Assembly (NCBI GenBank): GCA_041746255.1
Contig: JBGTHM010000115.1
Location: forward strand, 1-64,000
Direction of reading: 5' to 3'
DNA length: 64,000 nt
Source of the DNA: Fibrobacteria bacterium
GTDB taxonomy: Bacteria; Fibrobacterota; Fibrobacteria; UBA11236
Shown here: piece after piece, positions 49,399 to 58,968 of the stretch
Position numbering within the stretch: the first letter of the stretch is position 1
Layout: every line of letters starts with the position of its first letter
Notes under the pieces: generated by a model
The model's input: only the letters and a program-made list of their open reading frames with translations
Database searches by the model: none
What the model was told of the DNA's origin: nothing
Position numbers and translations under genes: made by a program

Positions 49399-52031
49399 CG
49401 CGACGTTCTCCCACTCCGCTCAAGCCATCTTTCATGCAAGGACGCCGCAGCCGAATCATTCCTTGAGCGCGCGATTTCAGCCATCATGGCATGGGTTTCA
49501 GGCATGCCTTTATTCAGTTTGAGACTTTTTTCCAACCAGGGCCGCGCCGCTCTCGGCTTACCTTTCCATAAAGCCAAGGCGCCCTGCATGGTCAGGTAGC
49601 GGGGTTCGTTTTCAAAGCCTTGGCTTTTCGCAAGCGCATGTGGGAGTTCCTCCATGTTACCGGATTTAAACAGGGTCCAGGCCAAGCGATAATGGCTATG
49701 CGAATGAATACCGGGCTTCATTCCAATTGACCGTCGCAACAAGGGTACGGCCGTTTCCCAATTTCCCATGCGCATGTGCAAACCGGCCAGTGAGTCGACG
49801 AAATCGGACTCATAGGGATCCAGTTCATGCAATACCCGGTAAACGTCCAATTGTAAACTATCCTGAAACCTTCTTTGCGCATAGGTCGCGGGTCCGCTAC
49901 TTTGCGAAGACCAACCCATCAATAAAAACCGGCCTAAAGCGCCGGTCCGGATTTTTCTCTTTACATTCGCCTCCGTATCGGAATCGAGCTGGAGGTCGTG
50001 AAACCACGCGGGAATGCCCGGAGCCTCAAACAGGCTGAGGTAACTCCGGGGATCGCCTTTTTTTTGCATATGGAGATTCCGCAAATAGACCATGCGCGCG
50101 GCGACATATTCACTCGGAAAAAGCGCATAGGCCTGGCGGTAATCTTCAGCCGCTTTAGCGTAATCGCCGTATTGCTGATACCTCAGATCACCCAGCTCAA
50201 CCAGAAAAGCGGAGCGGTTTTCCTCCTCCGAAACAAAAGCGCTATCGCCTAAAATGACTCCGACTCCGCCGATGTCGTGCAAATGGTTTTCCAGTTCCTG
50301 CGCCAGGATGAAGCGGCGCAAACCCGATTCGCCGGCATCCACGCTGCGTTGTGAGGCCCGGCTACTGTTTTCCGTATCCTTCGCCGGAGCGAACAAATCG
50401 TCCCGATCGCCCCAAAGTACGCGAGGCTTGGCCCTTCGGCTGTCGTAATCCAGGTAGTAATAGCCCTTTCGCACGGGGTCATAACCGCAAAGCGCCACCC
50501 AATGGCCATGCCGATAGAGATAGGGTATAAGTCCCTTCCCCAAAGCCTGCCGCAATAGTTCTCCATTCAGAAACGCCGCCGTTGACGGCACTCCTAATTG
50601 TCTGAGCACCGGAGACAGTGCGGGAAGGGTGGAGATGTCGGGCAAGGAAATATGCAGGGTGGTGGAAATGTCCAACAATCGGGTTTTAATACGTAGGTCA
50701 TCTTCTCCCGGATTCAAATAGGCGATTGCGCTTAATAGACCGTACCAATCGGTGTTCAGATAATTTGCCGGCTGTATCGCAGGAACATCGAGCAAAAGAG
50801 CCGTATCCGCCAGATTCCCATGGTTGTGGGCCTGCCAGTTTTCCTGCATGCTCACGGCTTCGAAATGGTGGCGCCCATGGTATTCCCTGCGTCCGCTGCG
50901 GGCCACCCACTTTTCCAATCGCTTTTCCGCCAGATCCACTCTTCCGGATTGGTAAACCCTTTCCAGAAGGTTCTTTTCCCATTCCGGCGCCAGATACGCT
51001 CCGGGGGTGCGTTTCAATTGCAGGCTCAAGGCGGCATCACGAAGACCGTAAGCCCGCTGCTCACCCAGAAGCGTTCCCATTCCCGCAAGATAACGGTTCC
51101 AATGTCCGCTATAAAACATCAGATTCAGGTAAACCAGAAGGATGGGAAGTCCCAGGCTCATGGCGCGACGGAGAAAGACCCCCGTCCCGGGTGCGCGTAC
51201 CAGATAGGCGATCCCCATCAGGGCGCCTGATCCGTAAAAAGCGATTTGCAATCCTTTCCGAAAACTTAACTCCGGAGCGAAGTCGAAAAACAACGGTTCC
51301 CGCGATGCGGCGCCTAAAAATTCCAGCACACCCTGGTCGATTTTTTCCCAGAGAACAATCCACACCAACAGGATGGGAAAGGCCGCATAAAAGAAGAGTA
51401 ATTGACGGAGGCCGAAGCGGAAGTTTTTGGTATGGACCCAAACCGATCCCAAAAGGACGATGGGTGTAGCCCATAAGGACCAGAAAAGCGATTCGGTAAA
51501 AACCGCGCTCGGCAAATGAATGGAAAAGGATTTCATCTCGCCCAGCATGCGCAGCAAACCCCAAAAATAAAACGGAGGGTAAACCGCCAGGGCAATCGAA
51601 AGCAGCGAGTGGCTGAACGGCGCTTTGGGCTTGGCCGTCATTTGGCCGGAAACAGAGGATTGACTCGCGCCCTGCAGAAAACCCTGCGGGTCACGCCTGG
51701 CAAAGTGGATACCGGAAAAGAGGGAAAAGCCAAAATGGAAAAGCAACAACAACAGATTAGGCACGGGTAACAAAAAAAGCGCGGAGCAATAGGCTACCGT
51801 GAAGGCCGTCAGTAAGGCCAGGTTGCGCGCCGCGGGAAAACCCGGATCACGCCGGGCTCGCTTGCCTATCAGCAGGAAACCCGGTACGAAAGGCCCTAAA
51901 AGCAAGCACAGCAAGACAAGAGGAGCCCGCTTGAAAAAAATTGAAAAAGCAACCCGCGCAGAATCCAGTTCGGTTCTCCAGACAAATAAAATCAAAATCG
52001 CCGGCTGCCTTGCCGCCGAACCCGCCGGCAT
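49395..52031 (-). CDS. Multi-TM protein with degenerate C39-like domain and TPRs (start uncertain)
   Basis: Same architecture as its neighbour. GHWVALCGYD and YLD are kept, but no Cys appears at the expected nucleophile position (LDVPAIQPANYLNTDWYG). Confidence 0.6.
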   Translation of the reverse strand: MPAGSAARQPAILILFVWRTELDSARVAFSIFFKRAPLVLLCLLLGPFVPGFLLIGKRARRDPGFPAARNLALLTAFTVAYCSALFLLPVPNLLLLLFHFGFSLFSGIHFARRDPQGFLQGASQSSVSGQMTAKPKAPFSHSLLSIALAVYPPFYFWGLLRMLGEMKSFSIHLPSAVFTESLFWSLWATPIVLLGSVWVHTKNFRFGLRQLLFFYAAFPILLVWIVLWEKIDQGVLEFLGAASREPLFFDFAPELSFRKGLQIAFYGSGALMGIAYLVRAPGTGVFLRRAMSLGLPILLVYLNLMFYSGHWNRYLAGMGTLLGEQRAYGLRDAALSLQLKRTPGAYLAPEWEKNLLERVYQSGRVDLAEKRLEKWVARSGRREYHGRHHFEAVSMQENWQAHNHGNLADTALLLDVPAIQPANYLNTDWYGLLSAIAYLNPGEDDLRIKTRLLDISTTLHISLPDISTLPALSPVLRQLGVPSTAAFLNGELLRQALGKGLIPYLYRHGHWVALCGYDPVRKGYYYLDYDSRRAKPRVLWGDRDDLFAPAKDTENSSRASQRSVDAGESGLRRFILAQELENHLHDIGGVGVILGDSAFVSEEENRSAFLVELGDLRYQQYGDYAKAAEDYRQAYALFPSEYVAARMVYLRNLHMQKKGDPRSYLSLFEAPGIPAWFHDLQLDSDTEANVKRKIRTGALGRFLLMGWSSQSSGPATYAQRRFQDSLQLDVYRVLHELDPYESDFVDSLAGLHMRMGNWETAVPLLRRSIGMKPGIHSHSHYRLAWTLFKSGNMEELPHALAKSQGFENEPRYLTMQGALALWKGKPRAARPWLEKSLKLNKGMPETHAMMAEIARSRNDSAAASLHERWLERSGRTSR

Positions 52032-52091
52032 GGTTGCCGGTATTTCGGATATTGTACTTAATGTACAAAGCGGGTGGGAATGCCGAAGACC

Positions 52092-52220
52092 TCAACCCCA
52101 CAGGCTTATCAAGGTTGACAACAAAATAAAAATCCAAAAGTAGGCCAGGAAATGCGGTGATTGCCAGAATTTCGGGGCGCTCTCCTTTTCAAATCGCGCA
52201 TACCCAAACGATGCTTCCAC
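52092..52220 (-). CDS. Putative 42-aa small membrane protein (not in ORF track)
   Basis: SD AAGGAGGTGA at 52233-52224, GTG start, MEASFGYARFEKESAPKFWQSPHFLAYFWIFILLSTLISLWG*, C-terminal TM; intergenic position. Confidence 0.6.
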   Translation of the reverse strand: MEASFGYARFEKESAPKFWQSPHFLAYFWIFILLSTLISLWG

Positions 52221-52411
52221 AGTTCACCTCCTTGTGCGGGATTCAGGCAGCTGAGTCCTGGAATCGAACCCTTCTATCCCATGGGCGTAAGACGCTATTG
52301 GCGGCACAGGGGTAAGCTAATTTTTCGGGGGAGAATGGGGAAGTTTTTTCACCGAGAACGGTAATGCGCCTTCAAGCACGCGCATAAGTCATTGATATCA
52401 AGGATTTTATG

Positions 52412-54286
52412 TCAAATAGCGGCGGTTTTGACGGAAGTGCGTGCCTGCAAGTGAAAAAGCAGTCCGGAAATGTCCGCGGGAGTGACTCCGGCGATACGTT
52501 GGGCCAAACCCACCGTGAGCGGCCTTCGCACCGCCAACTTTTGCCTAGCCTCGGTGGAAAGCGCATGGGCGGCGGCATAATCAAATTCCGCGGGTATCCT
52601 CAATTCCGAAAGTCGCCGGGTTCTTTCGATTTCCCGTAATTGCCGCTCGTAGAAACCACGGTAACTTTCCGACGCCTCTAGATTAAGTAATTCCCCGCGG
52701 TCCAATTCGGTGGTCCACCCGGTGAGCGCAAGCAATTCCCGCATCCCGACATCCGGTCTTTTCAGCAAGGACAAAGCGTCCGTGGGAGCGGACAGAGGGC
52801 TGAATTCCCGGCCCGCGAAGGTCTCGGTAAAAGTTTGCGGTGCAACGCGAAAATCCTTCAACCTGCGCCGCAGCGCCTCGATACGGCTACGCGAAGCTTC
52901 AAAATTGCGCAAGACATCTTCATCCACCAAACCCAGATTCCGGCCTTTTTCAAGTAAACGCTCCTCGGCATTGTCCTGACGCAGATGCAAACGGTATTCC
53001 GCGCGCGAAGTAAACATGCGATAGGGTTCGTCCAGGTCGGTGCTTACCAGGTCATCGCACAAAACCCCGATATAGGATTCACTGCGCGCAAGTAGAAAAG
53101 GCTCCTTGTCGGCCAGCCGTAACGCTGCGTTGATACCGGCCATCAATCCCTGCGCGGCCGCTTCTTCATAACCGGATGTTCCATTGACCTGCCCGGCGAA
53201 GTAAAGCCCGGGCATATCGCGGCACTCCATGGTGGGATGCAATTGCAAGGCATCGACGGAATCGTATTCCACGGCATAGCCGTAGCGGATGACCCGGCAG
53301 GCCTCCAGTCCCGGTACCGTGCGTAAGGCCCGGTCCTGAATCTCGGCAGGCAAGCTGGAGGAAAACCCGTTCACATAAATGCGGTTGTTTCCCAGCCCTT
53401 CCGGTTCGAGAAATAAGTGGTGGGAAGCCTTGTCCGCGAAGCGACCGATTTTATCCTCGATGGAAGGACAGTAACGGGGCCCGATTCCACTAATGGCGCC
53501 GGTAAACATGGGGCTTTCGTCAAACCCCTCGCGTAAAATCGCATGGGTGTTTTCGTTGGTATGCGTTATCCAGCAAATCGCCCGGTTTTTCAGCGGCTGT
53601 TGTGTGCGGAAAGAAAAGGGAAACGGAATTTCATCCCCTTGCTGCTCTTCCACACGGGAATAATCCAGCGAATCGGCCACAAGCCGGGCCGGGGTTCCGG
53701 TTTTGAGGCGGCGCGTTTGCAAGCCTTGTTCCCTCAGGGTTACCGATAAACGTTCCGCCGCCGGCTCCCCTACCCTGCCGCCAGGGATGGGATTGAGACC
53801 CGTATACATAACCGCGCCGAGAAAGGTGCCCGAAGTGATAATGAGCGCCCGGCAGGCGAGCTTGCCGCCATTGCTCAAATCCAAGACGAAGCCGCCATCG
53901 GGCTGTCGCGTGAAATCCAACAGCTCACCCCCGATAAGCGCAAGATCGGGCATGCGGCGCAAATAGGCCTGCATGAAGCGCGCATACTCCTCCATGTCCA
54001 TTTGGGCGCGAGGCCCCCAAACCGCCGGACCTTTGGAGCTATTGAGCATACGGAATTGAATGCCCGCGGAATCCGCCGCCAAACCCATCAAGCCCCCGAG
54101 CGCGTCCAAGTCGCGTACGAGCTGTCCTTTGGCGACACCGCCTATGGCCGGGTTGCACGACATGCGCCCGATGGCCTCGACATCCAGGGTGACCATCGCC
54201 GTGGTGCGTCCCAGTTTCGCGGAAGCCCACGCGGCTTCAATGCCGGCATGGCCGCCGCCGATTACGACAACTTCGAATTTCTGCAT
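52412..54286 (-). CDS. mnmG: tRNA U34 5-carboxymethylaminomethyl modification enzyme MnmG (GidA)
   Basis: GGGHAG, MSCNPAIGG, GPRYCPSIEDK and AGQVNGTSGYEEAAAQG motifs; start at ATG 54286. Confidence 0.97.
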   Translation of the reverse strand: MQKFEVVVIGGGHAGIEAAWASAKLGRTTAMVTLDVEAIGRMSCNPAIGGVAKGQLVRDLDALGGLMGLAADSAGIQFRMLNSSKGPAVWGPRAQMDMEEYARFMQAYLRRMPDLALIGGELLDFTRQPDGGFVLDLSNGGKLACRALIITSGTFLGAVMYTGLNPIPGGRVGEPAAERLSVTLREQGLQTRRLKTGTPARLVADSLDYSRVEEQQGDEIPFPFSFRTQQPLKNRAICWITHTNENTHAILREGFDESPMFTGAISGIGPRYCPSIEDKIGRFADKASHHLFLEPEGLGNNRIYVNGFSSSLPAEIQDRALRTVPGLEACRVIRYGYAVEYDSVDALQLHPTMECRDMPGLYFAGQVNGTSGYEEAAAQGLMAGINAALRLADKEPFLLARSESYIGVLCDDLVSTDLDEPYRMFTSRAEYRLHLRQDNAEERLLEKGRNLGLVDEDVLRNFEASRSRIEALRRRLKDFRVAPQTFTETFAGREFSPLSAPTDALSLLKRPDVGMRELLALTGWTTELDRGELLNLEASESYRGFYERQLREIERTRRLSELRIPAEFDYAAAHALSTEARQKLAVRRPLTVGLAQRIAGVTPADISGLLFHLQARTSVKTAAI

Positions 54287-54372
54287 GAGGGAATAACCTT
54301 GGAAGCCCGGTAAATCGCGAGGCCGGAATAAAACTACTATTCCGGCGGAAACCCTCCAAAAGGAGCCCTGCC

Positions 54373-54870
54373 ATGAGACCGCGATTCTGGTTGATGAAAA
54401 CCGAGCCTGAAGCCTTTTCCATTTGGGATTTGCGCAAAAGACCGCGGAAAACCGAAGGTTGGGACGGAGTAAGGAATTACCAGGCCCGCAACAACCTGCA
54501 GGCGATGCAAAAAGGCGACAAGGCCCTGTTTTACCATTCCAATGCCGCACCTGCGGGGGTAATCGGGATTGTCCGCATTTCCAAACCCGCCTATCCGGAT
54601 GTTTGCGCCCTGAACCCGGAATCCAAGTATTATGATGCCCGGGCCAAACCGGATAAAAACCCCTGGGTGATGGTCGATGTCACCTTTGAAAAGGAATTCT
54701 CGCGGCTGATTCCCTTGGCGGAATTGCGGCAAATCCCCGGACTTGAGAAAATGGAGGTGCTGCGGGTTGGCTCACGCTTGTCGGTACAGCCGGTTACGGC
54801 GGAAGAGTTTTCCCTCATTTCAGGGTATGCGGAGGGAATCCAAGCCGGATCGGCTTTGCAAGGGCGCTAA
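54373..54870 (+). CDS. EVE domain protein
   Basis: WLMKTEP, WDGVRNYQARN, FYHS and SRLSVQPV motifs. Confidence 0.93.
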   Translation: MRPRFWLMKTEPEAFSIWDLRKRPRKTEGWDGVRNYQARNNLQAMQKGDKALFYHSNAAPAGVIGIVRISKPAYPDVCALNPESKYYDARAKPDKNPWVMVDVTFEKEFSRLIPLAELRQIPGLEKMEVLRVGSRLSVQPVTAEEFSLISGYAEGIQAGSALQGR

Positions 54871-54893
54871 AACCCATTTTTGCTCAAAATCCT

Positions 54894-54920
54894 TAAGTTT
54901 GGAGTGTTCCATTCCGATAT
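54894..54920 (+). promoter_or_regulatory. Candidate sigma-28 (FliA)-type promoter
   Basis: TAAG-N15-TCCGATAT versus consensus TAAA-N15-GCCGATAA, 50 bp upstream of the ATG at 54971. Confidence 0.45.
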
Positions 54921-54970
54921 ATAAGTAAGGCCCCGGACGGAAATCACCGTGCCGTGGCTACTTTTTGGGA

Positions 54971-55288
54971 ATGCAAATGGAACAGTTGAATCCAGCCGGA
55001 AATCCCTCTCCCCTTATCGGGAATGTGGAGTCCTTGGATAACGACGTCGCCGCCCGGGATTATCACCTGCAGCAGCGTGATGAGCGCATGCTGGAAGAAT
55101 TACGTGATAGTTTGAACAAAAAGAAAAAAAAGCGCAAAGAAAAAGAAGACGAGAAGGCCGGCGAAAAGGAATCCGAAGAAGAGGCGGGCGAAGACCATTA
55201 CGAGCCTCAGCGCTTGACCCGGAAAATCTGCTGGCAGTATGACCAGCAGGGCCGTAAAATTCCCATGTTCCGCCGCCCCTATATGTAA
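54971..55288 (+). CDS. Small highly charged hypothetical protein
   Basis: Fills the gap between EVE and cmoA; K-rich then E-rich tract; C-terminal YDQQG. Confidence 0.55.
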   Translation: MQMEQLNPAGNPSPLIGNVESLDNDVAARDYHLQQRDERMLEELRDSLNKKKKKRKEKEDEKAGEKESEEEAGEDHYEPQRLTRKICWQYDQQGRKIPMFRRPYM

Positions 55289-55357
55289 TCCCCCGTCATT
55301 CGGCCCCAGCGCAAGGGGCCATTGGTGTTTCCACCCCGGACTGCTAAATTTACGCCC

Positions 55358-56092
55358 ATGGGCGAATCCTCCCGCGATAACATCTATTCCCTCCCCCTGG
55401 ACAAAATCGAGCCGTTTCGCTTCGACTCACCGGTGGCCGACGTTTTCGACGATATGGCGGCTCGCTCCATTCCCTATTACTCGGCTCTGCACGACGCCGC
55501 TGCCAGCCTCTCCCGCCACTTCCATTCCGGCCAGGCCGCGATTCTCGACCTCGGCTGCTCCACCGGCTCCATGCTGGTGCGCGCCTCGCTGGCCTTGAAC
55601 GATCCCCGGGCGGAATTTATCGGGGTCGACGCCTCCGAGGCCATGGTGCGCAAATGTCGGGAGAAACTTGCGGGTTACCGTCTTCCGGGAACCTTCGCTT
55701 TGGCGCATTCCGATTTGCTGAACTATGCGGCCCCTCCCGCAGAAATCGTCTATCTCCATTTCGTGCTGCAGTTTTTGCGGCCCGAGGATAAACCCGCCGC
55801 CCTTGCCCGCATCGCGCAAACCCTGCTTCCCGAAGGCGCGCTCTTTCTTTCGGAAAAGATCCGGCAGGACGATGCGAAAGCGGAAGCCTGTTTCACCGAG
55901 GAACATTTCGCCTATAAGCGCAGCCACGGATATTCCCGGCTGGAAATCGCGCAGAAGCGGGATGCCCTGGAAGATGTATTGCGCCCCAACACCCTAGCGG
56001 AATTGACGCGCCTCCTGGAACAGGCCGGCTTTTCCCGCATCCAGGTCTATTTTCAATGGCTAAACTTTGTCTCCATTCTGGCAATACGATAA
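55358..56092 (+). CDS. cmoA: Carboxy-SAM synthase CmoA
   Basis: F.FD..VA.VF.DM..RSIP.Y, DLGCSTG and GYS.LEI.QKR..LE.VL motifs. Confidence 0.9.
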   Translation: MGESSRDNIYSLPLDKIEPFRFDSPVADVFDDMAARSIPYYSALHDAAASLSRHFHSGQAAILDLGCSTGSMLVRASLALNDPRAEFIGVDASEAMVRKCREKLAGYRLPGTFALAHSDLLNYAAPPAEIVYLHFVLQFLRPEDKPAALARIAQTLLPEGALFLSEKIRQDDAKAEACFTEEHFAYKRSHGYSRLEIAQKRDALEDVLRPNTLAELTRLLEQAGFSRIQVYFQWLNFVSILAIR

Positions 56093-57080
56093 AACCCCCG
56101 AACTGGATGCGCTGCTCGCCTTGCGCCGCAGCCGCGGCAAAGGATCCGTCGACCGGGAAAATTTACTGGCCGCCCTTAGAGACGGCGACAAGCGCCTGCT
56201 GGCCCGGGATTGCGATACCTTCCGTCGCAATCACGAAGCTCTGCCAAAATGCGAGCCTTCTTCCATGCATATGAACCTTCCCGCCATTACCCTCGGGACT
56301 GCCGCGGACTTCGAAAAATGCGGCGTGGATATCTGCGTTCTGGATAAAAGTATTCGCGACCTTATTCCCTGGCGCAAAGGTCCCTTCAATCTCTTCGGTA
56401 TATACGTGGACGCCGAATGGCGCTCCGACCGCAAGTGGAATCGCCTGGCGCCCTTTCTTCCGGACCTGTCCGGAAAAACCGTCGTCGATATCGGATGCAA
56501 CAACGGATATTATTTGATGAAGCTGGCGGCTCTGGGGCCCAGCGTGGCCCTGGGCATCGACCCGGTATTCCGTTTCCGTTTTCAATTCGAATTGATGCGC
56601 AAATACTGCCCGCTTCCCAACCTGCGCTATTGGCCGCTGGGCATCGAGCATCTGGCGTGGCTTCCCGGTCAGTTCGACCTGGCGCTATGCATGGGCGTAC
56701 TCTATCATCAGCGTTCGCCGCTCGATAGCCTGCGAAACCTGAAACTCTGCCTTGGCGAAAATTCACGGCTTATCCTCGAAACCCTCGTGATACCGGGAGA
56801 CGGGGAAACCTGCCTGTCACCCCAGGCGACTTATGCGAAGATGGGAAACGTGCATTTCATTCCCACGCGCCGCACGTTGCTGGGCTGGATGCGGAAAACC
56901 GGATTCAAGCAGCCGGAAATCATTGATGAAAACCATACCTCCACGGATGAACAACGTCTCACGGAATATTGCCCTCCGCCGGCGCAAACCCTTGCGGATT
57001 TCCTCATGCCCGGCGACCCAACCCGCACGGTAGAGGGCTACCCCGCCCCCCTCCGGGTTATTATTACGGCTCAAACCTAG
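56067..57080 (+). CDS. cmoB: tRNA U34 carboxymethyltransferase CmoB
   Basis: PWRKGPF, DAEWRSD.KW, DIGCNNGY, MGVLYH and TVEGYPAP motifs. Confidence 0.92.
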   Translation: MSPFWQYDKTPELDALLALRRSRGKGSVDRENLLAALRDGDKRLLARDCDTFRRNHEALPKCEPSSMHMNLPAITLGTAADFEKCGVDICVLDKSIRDLIPWRKGPFNLFGIYVDAEWRSDRKWNRLAPFLPDLSGKTVVDIGCNNGYYLMKLAALGPSVALGIDPVFRFRFQFELMRKYCPLPNLRYWPLGIEHLAWLPGQFDLALCMGVLYHQRSPLDSLRNLKLCLGENSRLILETLVIPGDGETCLSPQATYAKMGNVHFIPTRRTLLGWMRKTGFKQPEIIDENHTSTDEQRLTEYCPPPAQTLADFLMPGDPTRTVEGYPAPLRVIITAQT

Positions 57081-57236
57081 GGCTAATTCCTCAAAGCGTT
57101 TGAAAAAACGCCTCCCATCCGCAAACTTCCCGCCAAACTGCTCAAATCCTTCTAATCAAACATAGTGGAAAAAGATTGTCGCCGGGCGAAGCCCGCCCCT
57201 ACAATGGAAAATGAGAAATAACCAGGTTGGATCATT

Positions 57237-57764
57237 ATGCTAACGAATAAACCGAATAAATTGACCCACCGCAAAGTCTGGTCGCCTGCGGAGCTGGCCC
57301 TGCTGCAACGCCAGGATCCCAAGGCTTTCCTGCTCGCGAAGTCCCATGCCAAATTAACCCGGCCCTCGCAGGCCCCGTCCCTGCTTTTAGCCCATGAGAA
57401 AAAGCTGAAGGTCAAGCGCACCAGTCTAAAACCCTTTTTAATGCCGGTTTTGGGAACCGTAGCCCTGGCCCTGGGAGTTTGGCTATGGCCTACCAATGAA
57501 AATGCCGCTTTGGCCCCGGCTGCCGCAAGCAAGGTGACTCCGCTTTCCGAACCGGCCGTGGAATTGAGCCCCAATCAACAAGCCTTATATTGGACTTACG
57601 CTCTCTACGACTTCGACAGACTCAAAGAGGATTTCCGGGTTCCCGCGCACACGATAGTCGACCATACCCATGCCTCCGCGGCGCTGCAGGCGCTGATGCC
57701 GTCCATCGATCGTCCGACCCGATACATAATCGACCGGTACATACCCCAGGGCAGGAAAATATGA
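57237..57764 (+). CDS. Bitopic membrane protein of the pilin cluster (paralog of 60845..61303)
   Basis: Basic N-terminus, one TM and a conserved YW.YALYD motif; ATGA overlap with the pilin gene. Confidence 0.65.
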   Translation: MLTNKPNKLTHRKVWSPAELALLQRQDPKAFLLAKSHAKLTRPSQAPSLLLAHEKKLKVKRTSLKPFLMPVLGTVALALGVWLWPTNENAALAPAAASKVTPLSEPAVELSPNQQALYWTYALYDFDRLKEDFRVPAHTIVDHTHASAALQALMPSIDRPTRYIIDRYIPQGRKI

Positions 57765-58147
57765 TAAGGCCGCAAGCCGGATTTTCCATGTTGGAAGTGT
57801 TGGTCTCCATGGTCATCGTGGGGATATTGGCCTCGTCGCTTTTCTACTTCCTTTCCGCCCAGAACAAAATGGGAATTATGACCACCGATATGACCAACGG
57901 ACTGAATTTCGGCAAGCAGGCCATGGACTCCCTCAAAGTACTGGACTATTCCGAAATAGCCGCCGGATCGGACATCATTCAGGAACGCTATATCCGGAGC
58001 TGGACCATCACCACGGTGAGCGATGACATGGGAGTGCCGATGGGACGTAAGCGCATCGATGTCAACGTTTTCTGGCCGCTCACAGCCGATCACGGAGTTT
58101 CCATGGTAACCCTGTTAAGCGACGATGAGTTCAAGGAGAATCAATGA
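57761..58147 (+). CDS. Minor type IV pilin (PilV-like)
   Basis: Class III signal QAG/FSMLEVLV with E5. Confidence 0.85.
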   Translation: MIRPQAGFSMLEVLVSMVIVGILASSLFYFLSAQNKMGIMTTDMTNGLNFGKQAMDSLKVLDYSEIAAGSDIIQERYIRSWTITTVSDDMGVPMGRKRIDVNVFWPLTADHGVSMVTLLSDDEFKENQ

Positions 58148-58902
58148 ATACCGGGGGCAAAAGAGCGGATAGGGGTTTCACCCTGGTGGAAATCCTGATC
58201 GGCATGCTGATCAGTTCCGTCGTCCTCACCGGGCTCTACCGAATGTGGCTCAGCAGCAGCGAGCAAAGCGTACAGCTTCGCCAGAAAATCGAAGTGCGCA
58301 ATCAAATCACCCTGGCGAGCAAAAACCTGCAATCGGCCATAACCCTGGCGGGTTTCGGCATGCAGGGTGTAAAGAATATCGAGAAATTCGACGGTGTGGG
58401 AACCGACACCCTGCTGATTTTTTCCAACAAAAGCAGTCATCAAACTGCTTTGGGCGTGAGTTATTGGTCCGGGCAAGATCATTTCAATGTTTCGGATCCC
58501 TCCATTTTTTCCGGCGCGGCCTATATCGCGATAAAAGATGACGCGGGCGGCGAAATCCGTAAAATCACCTGGAAAAATTCCAACAATATCGGCGTGGAAG
58601 AAGCCATCGGCCGTAATTTCGATATGGATAACAGCATCGTCATGCCGATCTTCCTCGACAAATACTATACCGATCAAACCCATCAGAAACTGATGGCGGT
58701 TTCCAATGGCGCGGGCCGCATCATAGGCCACAACCTTACCAATTTCCAGGTGGCTTTCAAGGATAAGGACGGCGTTTCCACTTCGATTGTCAATGATATC
58801 CGTTCCGTCACTTTTTCGTTTACGGGAGTCTTTTCGGCCAAGGAAGGCGCAATCAGCAATATCAACTTCACTACTACGGCCATCCCACGGAATCTGATCT
58901 AA
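58144..58902 (+). CDS. Minor type IV pilin (PilW-like)
   Basis: RG/FTLVEILIG, I.LAGFG, N.Q..F and the C-terminal PRN motif. Confidence 0.85.
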   Translation: MNTGGKRADRGFTLVEILIGMLISSVVLTGLYRMWLSSSEQSVQLRQKIEVRNQITLASKNLQSAITLAGFGMQGVKNIEKFDGVGTDTLLIFSNKSSHQTALGVSYWSGQDHFNVSDPSIFSGAAYIAIKDDAGGEIRKITWKNSNNIGVEEAIGRNFDMDNSIVMPIFLDKYYTDQTHQKLMAVSNGAGRIIGHNLTNFQVAFKDKDGVSTSIVNDIRSVTFSFTGVFSAKEGAISNINFTTTAIPRNLI

Positions 58903-58968
58903 CCGGGATAGCGGGAAAAAATTGAAGGGGATTACACGAGTCGAATGAACCCTGTCCGGAGGAAAACC

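Noticed and set aside
52221..52320. Possible tRNA, SRP RNA or 6S RNA (contains GGTTCGATTCC on the minus strand)
   Set aside because: No cloverleaf or CCA, no SRP GGAA/AGCAG core, and too short for 6S; better explained as the leader of a small ORF.
54287..54550. N-terminal extension of mnmG
   Set aside because: Overlaps the divergent EVE gene; the MnmG FAD-binding motif begins right after ATG 54286.
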